From IMG/VR virus record IMGVR_UViG_3300036770_003400: a DNA stretch of 64,000 nt; one strand, given 5' to 3'. This document shows, piece after piece, positions 1-9,598 of the stretch (within the stretch, counting starts at the first letter, position 1; each line of letters starts with the position of its first letter). The translations under genes and the position numbers were made by a program. The notes beneath the pieces are model-generated. The model searched no databases, had not been told where the DNA came from, and was given only the letters and a program-made list of their open reading frames with translations. Origin of the DNA: a virus.

Positions 1-611
1 ACAAGTACGGCATCGTGCAACTGTGGAACGCCACGTCGCCGGGCAACACCATCCGCAACAACATCATCAAGGACAGCACTTCACACGCATTCGCCGCGAC
101 ACCTGCGGGGAGTTTTTCCACGACGGGGAATATCACGTTGTCCGGCACGACTGGCATAGTAACTTGCACAAGTACGGCAAACGACTTCCCGAATTCGTCC
201 TACTTCAATTACGCGATCATTGCGGGCGGCGGTGTCGGTTGGATTGTCAGTAAACAGTCCAACATGCAAGTGACGATTGCGATCATCAGCGCGTTCTCAG
301 GAACGACGTTCACCAACGGCAACTGGTCCCTGTCATTCGGTCAGGACCAAGGTGTGTGGCCGGGGTACAGCGCACTGTTTGGCAACGCCGCAGGAGCGTA
401 CGCCGGCTCGGGTCAGTCGCTGACTGTGGGCAGCAACAACGTCATTACTGACCCCCAGCTGCGCCCAGACGGCCGAATTGCAAGCAACTCCCCTTGTGCG
501 ACGGCTGGGCTGTTTGCAGGTGGCATCCCGCTCGCCAACGGCCGCCTGCGCCCTGGTTTCACGCCCATTGGCGCTTACATGGCCGTGTTAGATCGCACCG
601 CCCGCGCATGA
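1..611 (+). CDS. C-terminal part (5'-truncated) of beta-helix tailspike/depolymerase-like virion protein
   Basis: Colinear without indels with 45304-45914; about 165/198 aa identical by manual alignment. Confidence 0.75.
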   Translation, partial: KYGIVQLWNATSPGNTIRNNIIKDSTSHAFAATPAGSFSTTGNITLSGTTGIVTCTSTANDFPNSSYFNYAIIAGGGVGWIVSKQSNMQVTIAIISAFSGTTFTNGNWSLSFGQDQGVWPGYSALFGNAAGAYAGSGQSLTVGSNNVITDPQLRPDGRIASNSPCATAGLFAGGIPLANGRLRPGFTPIGAYMAVLDRTARA

Positions 612-895
612 TCCCCGCCGCCGACCTCGCCGCCATCTACGCCCAGTCCGACGCGTTTGCCGAGACCGCGACCTTCGGCGCGCACACGGCGCGGGTGTTC
701 CTGCGCTCGGGCGATGAAGACGCCATGGGCGGCGAGCGCCTGGTGCGCGGGTGGCGCATCCGCTACATCGCCGCGCAGCTGCCGGGCCTGCAGCGCGGCT
801 CCACGCTTACCGTGGACGGGCAGAGCTACCGGGTGCTCGAGGTGCGGGCACTGGACCACGGCGCCGAGTCCTCGGCGCGGCTGGAGCGGCTCTGA
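608..895 (+). CDS. head-tail joining / head closure protein
   Basis: ATGA overlap; about 95 aa beta-rich protein (LQRGSTLTVDGQSYRVLEV) upstream of tail terminator. Confidence 0.7.
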   Translation: MIPAADLAAIYAQSDAFAETATFGAHTARVFLRSGDEDAMGGERLVRGWRIRYIAAQLPGLQRGSTLTVDGQSYRVLEVRALDHGAESSARLERL

Positions 896-1329
896 TGCCC
901 AGCCTCGCCGAGCAGGTGGTCGCCGCCGTGACCACTGCCCTCACCGGCGCCGTGCCGGCCGTGGGCAGCCGGGTTTTCCGCTCGCGCGAGGATGCCCTCG
1001 TGCGCGGCGAGATGCCCGCCCTGGTGGTGCGCACGGTGAGCGACAACGCCGAGACCGTCTCGCTCGACCTCGCCATCAGCCGCGTGCAGCTCGAGCTCGC
1101 GGTGGAGGTGCACGTGCAGGCCGGCGAGCCGTGGGAGACCGCGGCCGATGCCGTGGCCACGGCGGCGCATACCGTTGTGCTCGGCCTCGCGCTGCCGGGC
1201 CAGGCGCGGGTGGTGTCGATGTTCCAGCTGGACGAGGCCGTGAGCGGCGATGCCTCGCCGGGCATGCGGTCGCTCAACTACGCAATCGAATTTTTCCGAT
1301 CCACCGCCGCGCTCGATGCGGCGCCCTGA
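895..1329 (+). CDS. tail terminator (gpU-like)
   Basis: Size, position before tail tube, SRVFRSRE...LPALVV-type motif. Confidence 0.65.
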   Translation: MPSLAEQVVAAVTTALTGAVPAVGSRVFRSREDALVRGEMPALVVRTVSDNAETVSLDLAISRVQLELAVEVHVQAGEPWETAADAVATAAHTVVLGLALPGQARVVSMFQLDEAVSGDASPGMRSLNYAIEFFRSTAALDAAP

Positions 1330-1341
1330 CAGGAGACACAC

Positions 1342-1989
1342 ATGGCAGTCATCGCAGCACAAGGGCTCCAGCTGAGCATCGCCTCGGCGTTCGGCTCGCC
1401 TTTCACCATCTCCGCCATCACCAACGCATCCGAGGGCGTGGCCACGCTGTCCGCCTCGCACGGCGTCACGGTGGGCGACCTCATCGAGATCACCAGCGGC
1501 TGGAAGCGGTTGAACCAGCGCGTGGTGCGGGCCAAGACCGTGGCGACCAACGACGTCACGCTCGAGCGCGTCAACACCACCAGCACCACCGACTACCCCG
1601 CCGGCGAGGGCGTGGGCACCGGCCGCGAGATCACCACCTGGACGAACATCAGTCAGCTGACCCCGGACATCTCGGTGAGCGGCGGCGGGTTCCGCGTGGC
1701 GGAAATCACGCAGTTGGACGACGTCCGCGTGAAGGAGAAACCCATTTTGGCCGAGGCCGTGACGCTGACGTTTAACTACTTTTGGGACCCGGCTCTGCCG
1801 TGGCTCAGCGCGGTGGAAACCGCCGCGCGGTCGGGCCAGACGTACCCGTTCCGCATCGTCGCGGGCGCCGCCAAAATCTACGGCAATGCCTATTGGGGTT
1901 ACTCGTCTGAGCCGTCGGTCCAGAATTTCTTGATGGTCTCAAGCATCCAGCTTTCGGCCCAGGCGGACTCGATCACCTACACGACCTGA
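1342..1989 (+). CDS. major tail tube protein
   Basis: RBS AGGAG; 215 aa; resembles Phage_tail_3-type tube proteins; followed by chaperone pair and tape measure. Confidence 0.8.
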   Translation: MAVIAAQGLQLSIASAFGSPFTISAITNASEGVATLSASHGVTVGDLIEITSGWKRLNQRVVRAKTVATNDVTLERVNTTSTTDYPAGEGVGTGREITTWTNISQLTPDISVSGGGFRVAEITQLDDVRVKEKPILAEAVTLTFNYFWDPALPWLSAVETAARSGQTYPFRIVAGAAKIYGNAYWGYSSEPSVQNFLMVSSIQLSAQADSITYTT

Positions 1990-1993
1990 GCGC

Positions 1994-2446
1994 ATGAGCG
2001 ACATCGACCTGCAGGACCTGCGCCTTCGGGCGCAGCGCGTGAGGGAGTTCGACTTCCGGCTCGACCGGGAGGTGCTGTTCCACCTGCGCCACCCGTCGCG
2101 CTACGAGGCCGAAAGAATTTTCGTGCGCCACCGCGGCGACATGGCCGCGCTGCTGCGCGACCTGGTCGAGAGCAGCATCATCGGCTGGGCGGGCGTGTGC
2201 GTGCGCCACGCCGTGCCCGAGGCGAAGCACGGCGAGCACCGGCTGGAGTTCTCGCCGGAGGCGGCCGAGCTGATCCTCGACGAGCGCACCGAGTGGATCG
2301 ACGCCATCGGCACGGCCATCGTCAACCGGATGACCGAGCGGCACGCACGCATGGACGACACGCGAAAAAACTCGCCGAGCGGGCCGCCTGGGAGCGCGCC
2401 CGCCGCGACGGAAAGCAGCTCGCCGCCGTCGGACTCGGAGCTCTGA
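1994..2446 (+). CDS. tail assembly chaperone (gpG-like)
   Basis: Between tail tube and tape measure; contains slippery site. Confidence 0.75.
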   Translation: MSDIDLQDLRLRAQRVREFDFRLDREVLFHLRHPSRYEAERIFVRHRGDMAALLRDLVESSIIGWAGVCVRHAVPEAKHGEHRLEFSPEAAELILDERTEWIDAIGTAIVNRMTERHARMDDTRKNSPSGPPGSAPAATESSSPPSDSEL

Positions 2447-2628
2447 TGGGCGAGGCCCCGGCACTGACGGACGGCGCGGCCGAGGTGATGCGCGCGTGGA
2501 ACCTGCTGGGCGGCTACGAGCTGCAGCGTCTGGCCACGGTGGACGCCATCGACCCCGTGCGCGACCCGGAGGCCGTGCTCGACGGCCTGGTGGTGTTGCG
2601 CGACGCCCTGCGCGAGGTGGCGGAATGA
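1994..2628 (+). CDS. tail assembly chaperone GT, -1 frameshift product
   Basis: A-AAA-AAC at 2365-2371; -1 frame (KKLAERAAW...) open to 2628. Confidence 0.7.
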
Positions 2629-3182
2629 TCCGCGCCCAGCTCGATGCCCGCGGCGCCCGCGTGCAGCTGGACGACCTGGCGCGCAACGCACTGCCCCAGG
2701 CCGTGGCCCGCGCGCTGAACCGCACGGCCACGTCGGCCCGGGCCGAGGTGATCCGCCGCATCCGCCGCGAGCTGCCCATCAGCGCGCGCAGCCTGCGGGG
2801 CCGGCTGCGGCTGTTTCGCGCGCAGCGTCTGCGCCTGCAGGCCAGTGTGCGCGCCACGCGCGACTACGACCCGCCGCTGGGCCTGTTCTCGCCCAGGTGG
2901 AGGCAGCGCCAGCCGGTGGGGGCCACCATCAAGCTGCCCGGGCGCGCGCGCCAGGCGGTGCCGGGCGCTTTCGTCGCGCGGACGAGCTACGGGCGCGAGG
3001 CGGTGTTCCGTCGCGTGGGGCGCGAGCGGCGGCCCATCAAGTTCCTGAGGGCCTCCGACGTCGGGGCGCCGACGGTGTCGGCGTCGTTCCTCCAGGCGCT
3101 GGCCGACGGCGCCGTGGTGGGTCGGGCGCAGGCGCGGTTCGCCCGCGAGATCGAGGCCGAGATGAGGTTCCGCCGTGGCTGA
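2625..3182 (+). CDS. minor tail protein Z-like
   Basis: Basic protein with ARALNRTA...VF.RVG.ER.PI pattern typical of gpZ family. Confidence 0.6.
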   Translation: MIRAQLDARGARVQLDDLARNALPQAVARALNRTATSARAEVIRRIRRELPISARSLRGRLRLFRAQRLRLQASVRATRDYDPPLGLFSPRWRQRQPVGATIKLPGRARQAVPGAFVARTSYGREAVFRRVGRERRPIKFLRASDVGAPTVSASFLQALADGAVVGRAQARFAREIEAEMRFRRG

Positions 3183-5127
3183 GGCCCGTCTCACACTCAC
3201 CGCCGTCGACCAGACCCGGGCGGCGTTCGACTCGGTCAAGCGCAACCTCAGCGACGTCGAGCGCACCGCCTCGGCCCTGGGCTCGGTGCTGGCCGGCATC
3301 GGGGCCGGGCTGTCGGCCGGTGCGCTGGTGGGCTTCGCCCGCCAGGCCATCGACGCGGCGGACAACCTCGGCAAGCTCAGCCAACGCGTCGGCGTGGCGG
3401 TGGAAAGCCTCGCCGAGCTGCAGTACGCGGGCAAGCTGGCCGATGTGACGACCGAGCAGCTTGGCGACGCCCTGCGCAAGCTGTCGGTCAACCTGCAGGC
3501 CGCGGCGGGCGGAGCAAAGGAGTTTCAGGGCGCGTTCGCGGCCGTGGGCATCTCGGCGGCCGAGCTGCGCAACATCGGCGCCGATGCGGCCGTTGCGCGC
3601 ATCGCCGATGCCTTTGCCCGCACCGAGGACGGCGCGGCGAAGACGGCGCTGGCCGTGCGCCTGTTCGGCCGCACGGGGTCGGACCTCATCCCGCTGCTCA
3701 ACCAGGGCTCGGCCGGGCTGCGGGCCGCCGGTGACGAGGCGCGGCGCTTCGGCCTGGTCATCACCGCCGATGCGGCCCGGGCCGCCGAGCAGTTCAACGA
3801 CGACATCACGCGCCTGCAGGCCAGTGCCTCGGGCCTGGGCATCGCGCTGGCCAACCGCGTCTTGCCCAGCCTAACGGCGTTTACCGCGCAGCTGCTGGAG
3901 GGGCAGAGGATCTTCGGCTCGTTCTCCTCGGCACTGCTCAACATCGGCGTCGGGGTCGACCCGTTCAAGAGCTTGGCGGAGAACATCAAGGGCGCGCGCC
4001 AGGAGCTCGAGCTGCTGGAGCGCAAGCGGGCCAACTCGGCCAGCGAGGGCAACCGCAACCTCGGCGGCTTCGACCGCGAGATCGAGCGGCAGCGCAAGGT
4101 GCTGGAGTTCCTGCAGTTCCAGCAGCGCCAGCGCATCGACACCAGCGGCACGAGCGGACTCGACGCCCGCGACCTGCAACTGCGCCAGGCGCAGCAGCAG
4201 CCCCGCCAGCAGCTGAACTTTGCCGAGCAGGCCACCCGCGCCGCCCGTGCCCAGTCCGACGCCCTGACCGACGCCGAGCAGGCCGCGCTCACCCTGCAGC
4301 GCGCGCGTGACCGCGAGTTCGAGGCCAGCCTCGACGCCATCGCCCGATCGCGCGAGCAGGCGCAGGCGGACTTCCTCCGCCGCTTCGAGGAGGGCAACCA
4401 GCTCGACCTTGAGGCCGCGCAGCGCCAGGCGCAGACCATCGAGCGCCTGCTCAGCGGCACCCGCACCGGGCAGGAGCAGGAGGCCCTGGGCGACATCGAG
4501 GCGCTCAACCAGGCGCTGGTGGTGGGGCGCATCAATGCGGAGCAGTACGAGGAGGCGTACGCGACGATTCAGACGCGGCTGAATGACATTCGCGGCGTGG
4601 CGCGTGATACCTTCCAGGCGCTTGCGGACGATGGCACCGCCGCGCTGCGCGACATCCGGTTCGCGGTCGAGGGCTGGGGGCGGGATTTCACCGAGACCCT
4701 GGCCAGCGCCATCGAGACGGGCAAGCTGCGCTTCTCCGACCTGGTGGAGTCGGTCTTGTCGGACCTGCTGCGGCTGCAGATCCAGGCCTCGATCACGCGG
4801 CCGTTGTTCGATGCGCTGCAGGGGTTCGGTGCAAGCGTGTTCGGCTCCGGCGGCCGCGCGCCGGCGGGTGGCGCATCGTTTGGCGGGGCGCGGGCCGCCG
4901 GCGGGCCGGTGACGGCTGGCACCGCGTACCTGGTGGGCGAGCGCGGGCCTGAGCTGTTTGTCCCGCGCCAGTCGGGCGCGATCACGCCCAACAACGCCCT
5001 GGCGCCCAGCATCACGCAAAACGTCTACGTGGATGCGCGCTCCGACGTGGCCACGGTGCGCGACGCCGTGCGCCAGGCGGTGCGCATGGCGCAGTCCGAA
5101 ATGGGCCGCGCTGCGGTGAGGGGCTGA
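3175..5127 (+). CDS. tail tape measure protein
   Basis: 650 aa Ala/Gln-rich helical protein; C-terminal RAAGGPV...YLVGERGPELFVP motif. Confidence 0.9.
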   Translation: MAEARLTLTAVDQTRAAFDSVKRNLSDVERTASALGSVLAGIGAGLSAGALVGFARQAIDAADNLGKLSQRVGVAVESLAELQYAGKLADVTTEQLGDALRKLSVNLQAAAGGAKEFQGAFAAVGISAAELRNIGADAAVARIADAFARTEDGAAKTALAVRLFGRTGSDLIPLLNQGSAGLRAAGDEARRFGLVITADAARAAEQFNDDITRLQASASGLGIALANRVLPSLTAFTAQLLEGQRIFGSFSSALLNIGVGVDPFKSLAENIKGARQELELLERKRANSASEGNRNLGGFDREIERQRKVLEFLQFQQRQRIDTSGTSGLDARDLQLRQAQQQPRQQLNFAEQATRAARAQSDALTDAEQAALTLQRARDREFEASLDAIARSREQAQADFLRRFEEGNQLDLEAAQRQAQTIERLLSGTRTGQEQEALGDIEALNQALVVGRINAEQYEEAYATIQTRLNDIRGVARDTFQALADDGTAALRDIRFAVEGWGRDFTETLASAIETGKLRFSDLVESVLSDLLRLQIQASITRPLFDALQGFGASVFGSGGRAPAGGASFGGARAAGGPVTAGTAYLVGERGPELFVPRQSGAITPNNALAPSITQNVYVDARSDVATVRDAVRQAVRMAQSEMGRAAVRG

Positions 5128-5128
5128 C

Positions 5129-5731
5129 ATGACAACGCTGGCCTGGCCTACCCTGTCGCGGCTGCCAAGCGCGCAGACGTGGACGCTGATCGCCAACACG
5201 CAGGTGCACGTCTCGCCGATCTCCGGCGTGGCGCAGACGCAACGCCTGGGCGGCGCGCTCTGGGCGACGACGATCACCTACGCCAACGTGCTCGAGGCCG
5301 ATGCCGCCCTGCTGCAGGCGCTGCTGGTCTCGCTCGAGGGCAAGGCCGGCCGGGTGAATGTGCCGTGCTTCGGCCAGCGTCGGCCGCGCGGCACGATCAG
5401 CGGCTCGCCGCTGGTCAAGGGCGCGGTGCTGGCCGGCGCGACGCAGATCAGCATCGACAACGTGACGCCCGGGCAGACCCTGCTGGCAAACGACCTCATC
5501 GGCATCGGCGGGCGCATCTACATGTGCAAGTCCGCCGTGACGGCCGACGGCAGCGGCACCATGGCCGTGACGGTGGGGCCGGCCACGCGGGCCGCCATTG
5601 CGGACAACGCCGCCGTGACGCTGATCGGCCCCACCACGAAGATGATGCTGGTGGACGACCGCCAGAGCTGGGAGTTTGCGCCGGGCCGGGTGCGCACGCT
5701 CACGCTCGATCTCATCGAGGCGCTGCCGTGA
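5129..5731 (+). CDS. distal tail / minor tail protein
   Basis: Directly after tape measure; 200 aa. Confidence 0.65.
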   Translation: MTTLAWPTLSRLPSAQTWTLIANTQVHVSPISGVAQTQRLGGALWATTITYANVLEADAALLQALLVSLEGKAGRVNVPCFGQRRPRGTISGSPLVKGAVLAGATQISIDNVTPGQTLLANDLIGIGGRIYMCKSAVTADGSGTMAVTVGPATRAAIADNAAVTLIGPTTKMMLVDDRQSWEFAPGRVRTLTLDLIEALP

Positions 5732-5736
5732 GAGCC

Positions 5737-6399
5737 ATGACCGCGGCCGCGGCCACGCGGCTGCAGGCCGCCTCGGTGGATCTGCTGGTGTTCATCCAGC
5801 TGGACCTGCCCTCGGGCGTGGTGCGGGTGTGTTCCGACGCGATCACGCGGCAGTGGGCCGGCAACCAGTGGCTGGGCGGCGCGGCGTTCACCGCGCTGCA
5901 GCCGATCGACGAGACCAGCAGCCCGAGCGCAGCGGCGCTGTCGTTGTCGTTCTCCGGCATCGACACGGGGTTCGTCGCCGCGATCCTCGGAGACGACTAC
6001 CAGGGCCGGATCGCTTCGATCTGGATCGCCCCACTGGACGACGCCGGGGTGCCGGTGGAAGACCCGGTACTGGTGTTCTCTGGGCTCATCGATTCGCCGG
6101 TCATCGAGATCGGCGCCACCGCTACGGTGGTGCTCAACCTCGAGAACCGCTGGTCCACCTGGAACACAGCGCGCACCCGGCGCTACAACTCCGCCGACCA
6201 GGTGGCCGAGTTTGCCGGAGACAAGGGTTTTGACTACATCGAGTCCATCGAGCAGGCCGAGCTGGTGTGGGGCACGTTCAAGGGCCCGCCCGCGCCGACG
6301 CCGAGCTTCATCCAGAAGGGCATGACGGGCTTCTTCAACGCCGTCAACCAGGTCGGCAACCAGATCGGCGATGCCATCGCCGACGTGTTTGGGTGGTGA
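5737..6399 (+). CDS. tail tip protein (gpL-like)
   Basis: Position; LENRW..W...RRYN..DQ...F.GDKGF.Y motif. Confidence 0.65.
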   Translation: MTAAAATRLQAASVDLLVFIQLDLPSGVVRVCSDAITRQWAGNQWLGGAAFTALQPIDETSSPSAAALSLSFSGIDTGFVAAILGDDYQGRIASIWIAPLDDAGVPVEDPVLVFSGLIDSPVIEIGATATVVLNLENRWSTWNTARTRRYNSADQVAEFAGDKGFDYIESIEQAELVWGTFKGPPAPTPSFIQKGMTGFFNAVNQVGNQIGDAIADVFGW

Positions 6400-6402
6400 C
6401 GG

Positions 6403-9138
6403 ATGGCACAAGGGCAGGAGCGACAAAAACTTCAGGCCAGCGGACTCGCGGCGATTCTCGCGGCGGGCGCCACCATCTTTACCGGCGGCGCGGCGGCGCC
6501 GGCGTTTTTCACCACCTTCGCGCTCACGTACGCCTACGCGAGCTACGCCCAGGCGCGGGCCCTGCGCTCGCCGCGCGAGGAGATCGCCGCGCGGCAGCAG
6601 CTCATCCGCAGCGGCGTGGCGCCGCATCGCATCATCTACGGCACGGTGCCGGTCTCGGGCGTGCTCGCGTTCTTCCACGTGCAGGGCGACTATCTGCACC
6701 TGGTGGTGGCGATGTCTGGCCACGAGGTGGCGGGCATCGATGACGTCTACTTCGACGACACGCGCCTGGGCGCGCTGGACGGCTCCGGCAACGTCACCAC
6801 CGGCCAATACGCCGGCCTGGTGCGCGTGAAGAAGTACCTGGGCACCGACACGCAGACCGCCGACGCCGACCTCATCGCCGCCTCGGGCGGCCGCTGGACC
6901 AGCGACCACCGGCTGCGCGGCCGGGCCTACCTGTACCTGCGGCTGCTGTTCGACCAGGACCGTCTGCTGGCCGTGCCCAACATTCGGGCCATCGTGCGCG
7001 GCCGGCGCTGCTACGACCCGCGCACCGGGCTGACCACGCACACCGAAAACCCCGCGCTCATCGTGCGCGACTGGTTGACCGCGCCCTTCGGCCTGGGCTG
7101 CGATGCAGGCGAGGTTGACGACACGATGATCGCCACCGCAGCCAACGTGTGCGACCAGTGGGTGACGCTCGACACCGCGATCACGCTGCAGGCCGTGCCG
7201 GACCACACGACCGACACCTGGTCGCTGTCCGCCGGCGTGGACTCGCGCATCACCACCGGCGACCGCCTGGTGCTCACTGGCTCACCGGTGCCGGGGGGGC
7301 TGACGTCGGGCACCACGTACTACCTGATTCGCCTCGATGCCAACCTCTACCAGCTCGCATCGACCTACGAGAATGCGCTGGCCCGCGTGCCTGTGCCGTT
7401 CACCGACAACGGCAGCGGCACGCAGACCTGGGGCAGTCTGGCGCAGCGGCGCTACACCGCGAATGGATCGTTCACGCTCGACCTGGTGCCCGCCGAGATC
7501 GAGCGCAGCCTGCGCTCATCCATGGCCGGCCACATGGCCTACGCGCAGGGCAAGTGGCGCGTGTTTGCCGGCGCGTACAGCGCGCCTGACCTGCCCACCA
7601 TCACCGTCGACGACCTGCGCGGACCGTACAACTACGTTCCCAAGCGTGCCAGGCGCGACTTGGTCAACGAGATGCGCGGCACCTATGCCGACCCGGCCCG
7701 CGGCTACGCCGCCACGGACTTTCCCGTGGTCACGGACGCGGCCGGCGTGGTGGCCGACGGTGGCGACACCTTGCCGCGCAACATCGACCTGAGCTGGACC
7801 AACAACCCCTACCGGGCGCAGCGCCTGGCGCGCATCTACATGCGCCGAGCGCGGGCCGCCACGCTGGTGTTGCGGCTCAAGGTGTCGGCCCTGCGCGTGG
7901 CCTGCGCGCAGACGGTGACGGTGAACATCCCGCAGATCGGCGTGGTCGATCAAACCTTCCGCGTCACCGGCGTGCAGATCACGGGCGACGACGGCGGCAT
8001 CGGCGTCGACCTTGCCCTCGAGGCCGAGTCCGCCACCACCTACGACTGGGCCTCGACCGACGGCGCCGCCCAGGCCGTCGCGCAGCAGCTGGCCCTGCTG
8101 TCCCTGACCGTCGCCGCGCCGACGAACCTGGTGCTGTCCTCCGGCAACGCCGAGCTGCTGCAGGGCGCGGACGGCAGCATCATCTCGCGCATCCGCGCCG
8201 CGTGGACGCTCGCCGGCGAGCCCAACGCCGAGCGGTACGAGCTGCAGTTCAAGAAGGCCACCGACTCGGAGTGGGCCCAGACGAGCTACGTGCCCGCCTC
8301 CGACGCCTCGGCCCTGCTCGGCCCGGTGGAAGACGGCGTGCTGTACGAGGTGCGCGTGCGCACGGTGCGCATCAACGGCGCGCGGTCCGCCTGGCTGTAT
8401 GGCCAGACGACGGTAGTCGGCAAAACCCAGGCCCCGGCTGCGCCCACCACGCTCACCGTCACGCCCGCGCTCGGGGGCTTCGACATCGTGTGGAGCGCAT
8501 CTGGCGAGGTGGACTACCGGCACTCGCTGCTCTACGAGGCGACCAGCAACAACTTCGCCGCCGCCACGGTGGTGGCCACGGTGTCCGGCAACCGCGCCGC
8601 CCGCTCTGGGCTCGGCGCACCGGTCACGCGGTGGTACTGGGTGCGACACGTGGATACGTCGGGCAACCAGTCGGCCCTGTTCCCTGCGTTGTCTGGCATC
8701 AGCGCCACCACGCAGGCCCCGGAGGGCGGCGGGGTGCCCACGGTGGCCAATGCGGCCACGATCACGGCCAGCCCGGGCAGCAGCCCGCCAGGCGGTGCCA
8801 ACTACTGGGCGGTGTACGACAACACCACGGGCAAGATCTGGCGCTGGATCACCGCGAACGGTGCCTACAGCAAGGCGGCCGACGGCGGCGACCTGGTGGC
8901 CGGGTCCGTCGCGGCCGATCGGATGGCGGTGACGCAGCTGTCGAGCATCAGCGCCAACCTGGGCACGGTGACGGCCGGCAGCATCAACATCGGCAGCGGC
9001 AAGTTCGACGTGGATTCGAGCGGCAACGTGACCATCCGCAGCGCAGCCACCGGCGCGCGCCTGGAGGTGACGAACTCGGTCATCCGCGTGTACGACGCCG
9101 CCGGGGTGCTGCGCGTGAAGCTGGGGAACCTCGCGTGA
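6403..9138 (+). CDS. central tail / host-specificity protein (gpJ-like) with Fn3-like domains
   Basis: 911 aa; RIIYG..PVSG, NPAL..RDWL, YEVRVR motifs; C-terminal RVYDAAGVLRVKLG. Confidence 0.85.
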   Translation: MAQGQERQKLQASGLAAILAAGATIFTGGAAAPAFFTTFALTYAYASYAQARALRSPREEIAARQQLIRSGVAPHRIIYGTVPVSGVLAFFHVQGDYLHLVVAMSGHEVAGIDDVYFDDTRLGALDGSGNVTTGQYAGLVRVKKYLGTDTQTADADLIAASGGRWTSDHRLRGRAYLYLRLLFDQDRLLAVPNIRAIVRGRRCYDPRTGLTTHTENPALIVRDWLTAPFGLGCDAGEVDDTMIATAANVCDQWVTLDTAITLQAVPDHTTDTWSLSAGVDSRITTGDRLVLTGSPVPGGLTSGTTYYLIRLDANLYQLASTYENALARVPVPFTDNGSGTQTWGSLAQRRYTANGSFTLDLVPAEIERSLRSSMAGHMAYAQGKWRVFAGAYSAPDLPTITVDDLRGPYNYVPKRARRDLVNEMRGTYADPARGYAATDFPVVTDAAGVVADGGDTLPRNIDLSWTNNPYRAQRLARIYMRRARAATLVLRLKVSALRVACAQTVTVNIPQIGVVDQTFRVTGVQITGDDGGIGVDLALEAESATTYDWASTDGAAQAVAQQLALLSLTVAAPTNLVLSSGNAELLQGADGSIISRIRAAWTLAGEPNAERYELQFKKATDSEWAQTSYVPASDASALLGPVEDGVLYEVRVRTVRINGARSAWLYGQTTVVGKTQAPAAPTTLTVTPALGGFDIVWSASGEVDYRHSLLYEATSNNFAAATVVATVSGNRAARSGLGAPVTRWYWVRHVDTSGNQSALFPALSGISATTQAPEGGGVPTVANAATITASPGSSPPGGANYWAVYDNTTGKIWRWITANGAYSKAADGGDLVAGSVAADRMAVTQLSSISANLGTVTAGSINIGSGKFDVDSSGNVTIRSAATGARLEVTNSVIRVYDAAGVLRVKLGNLA

Positions 9139-9290
9139 AGGCCCTGCTGCTCGCCCTGCTGCTGGCCGGATGCGCGCTGCCGGGCACGCCCGGGCGCATC
9201 AACACCAGCGAGTGCCGCGTCGATGCCTGGGGCCACCGCTGCCAGGAGGCGCCGCAGGCCGTCGTGCCAGTGCTTGTGGAGATGCCCTGA
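9135..9290 (+). CDS. small lipoprotein, Cor-like
   Basis: GTG start overlapping J stop; signal peptide with lipobox LAGC; two further Cys. Confidence 0.6.
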   Translation: MKALLLALLLAGCALPGTPGRINTSECRVDAWGHRCQEAPQAVVPVLVEMP

Positions 9291-9598
9291 TGGCGCACGG
9301 CCTCGAGGTGTACAACGCGGCGGGCGCGTTGCGGCTGGCGGTGACGGACAAGATCACGCGCCTGGTGTATTCCGCCGAGGTGGCCGCCACCAGCAGTGGC
9401 GCGTTCAACGTGTCCGGCATCACGACCAGCAACGCCGTGGTGATCTCGCAGGCCATCAACGCGCCAGCGGCCTACAGCATGCCGCACGAGGCTTGGATCA
9501 CGAGCGGACAGGTGCACTGGGCCGCGCTGCCCGGCCCTGCGCCGGGATCGAACGACGTGCGCTCCGCGTCGCTCATTCAGGTGTTCCGTCACGCATGA
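9290..9598 (+). CDS. tail tip accessory protein
   Basis: Translationally coupled; MAHGLEVYNAAG start typical of post-J genes. Confidence 0.55.
   Translation: MAHGLEVYNAAGALRLAVTDKITRLVYSAEVAATSSGAFNVSGITTSNAVVISQAINAPAAYSMPHEAWITSGQVHWAALPGPAPGSNDVRSASLIQVFRHA

Noticed and set aside
657-8649. Many long alternative-frame/antisense ORFs in the ORF track (e.g. 657-1775, 3871-5277, 5518-7206, 7516-8649)
   Set aside because: Arg/Ala/Gly/Pro-rich shadows of high-GC genes, overlapping well-supported phage genes.
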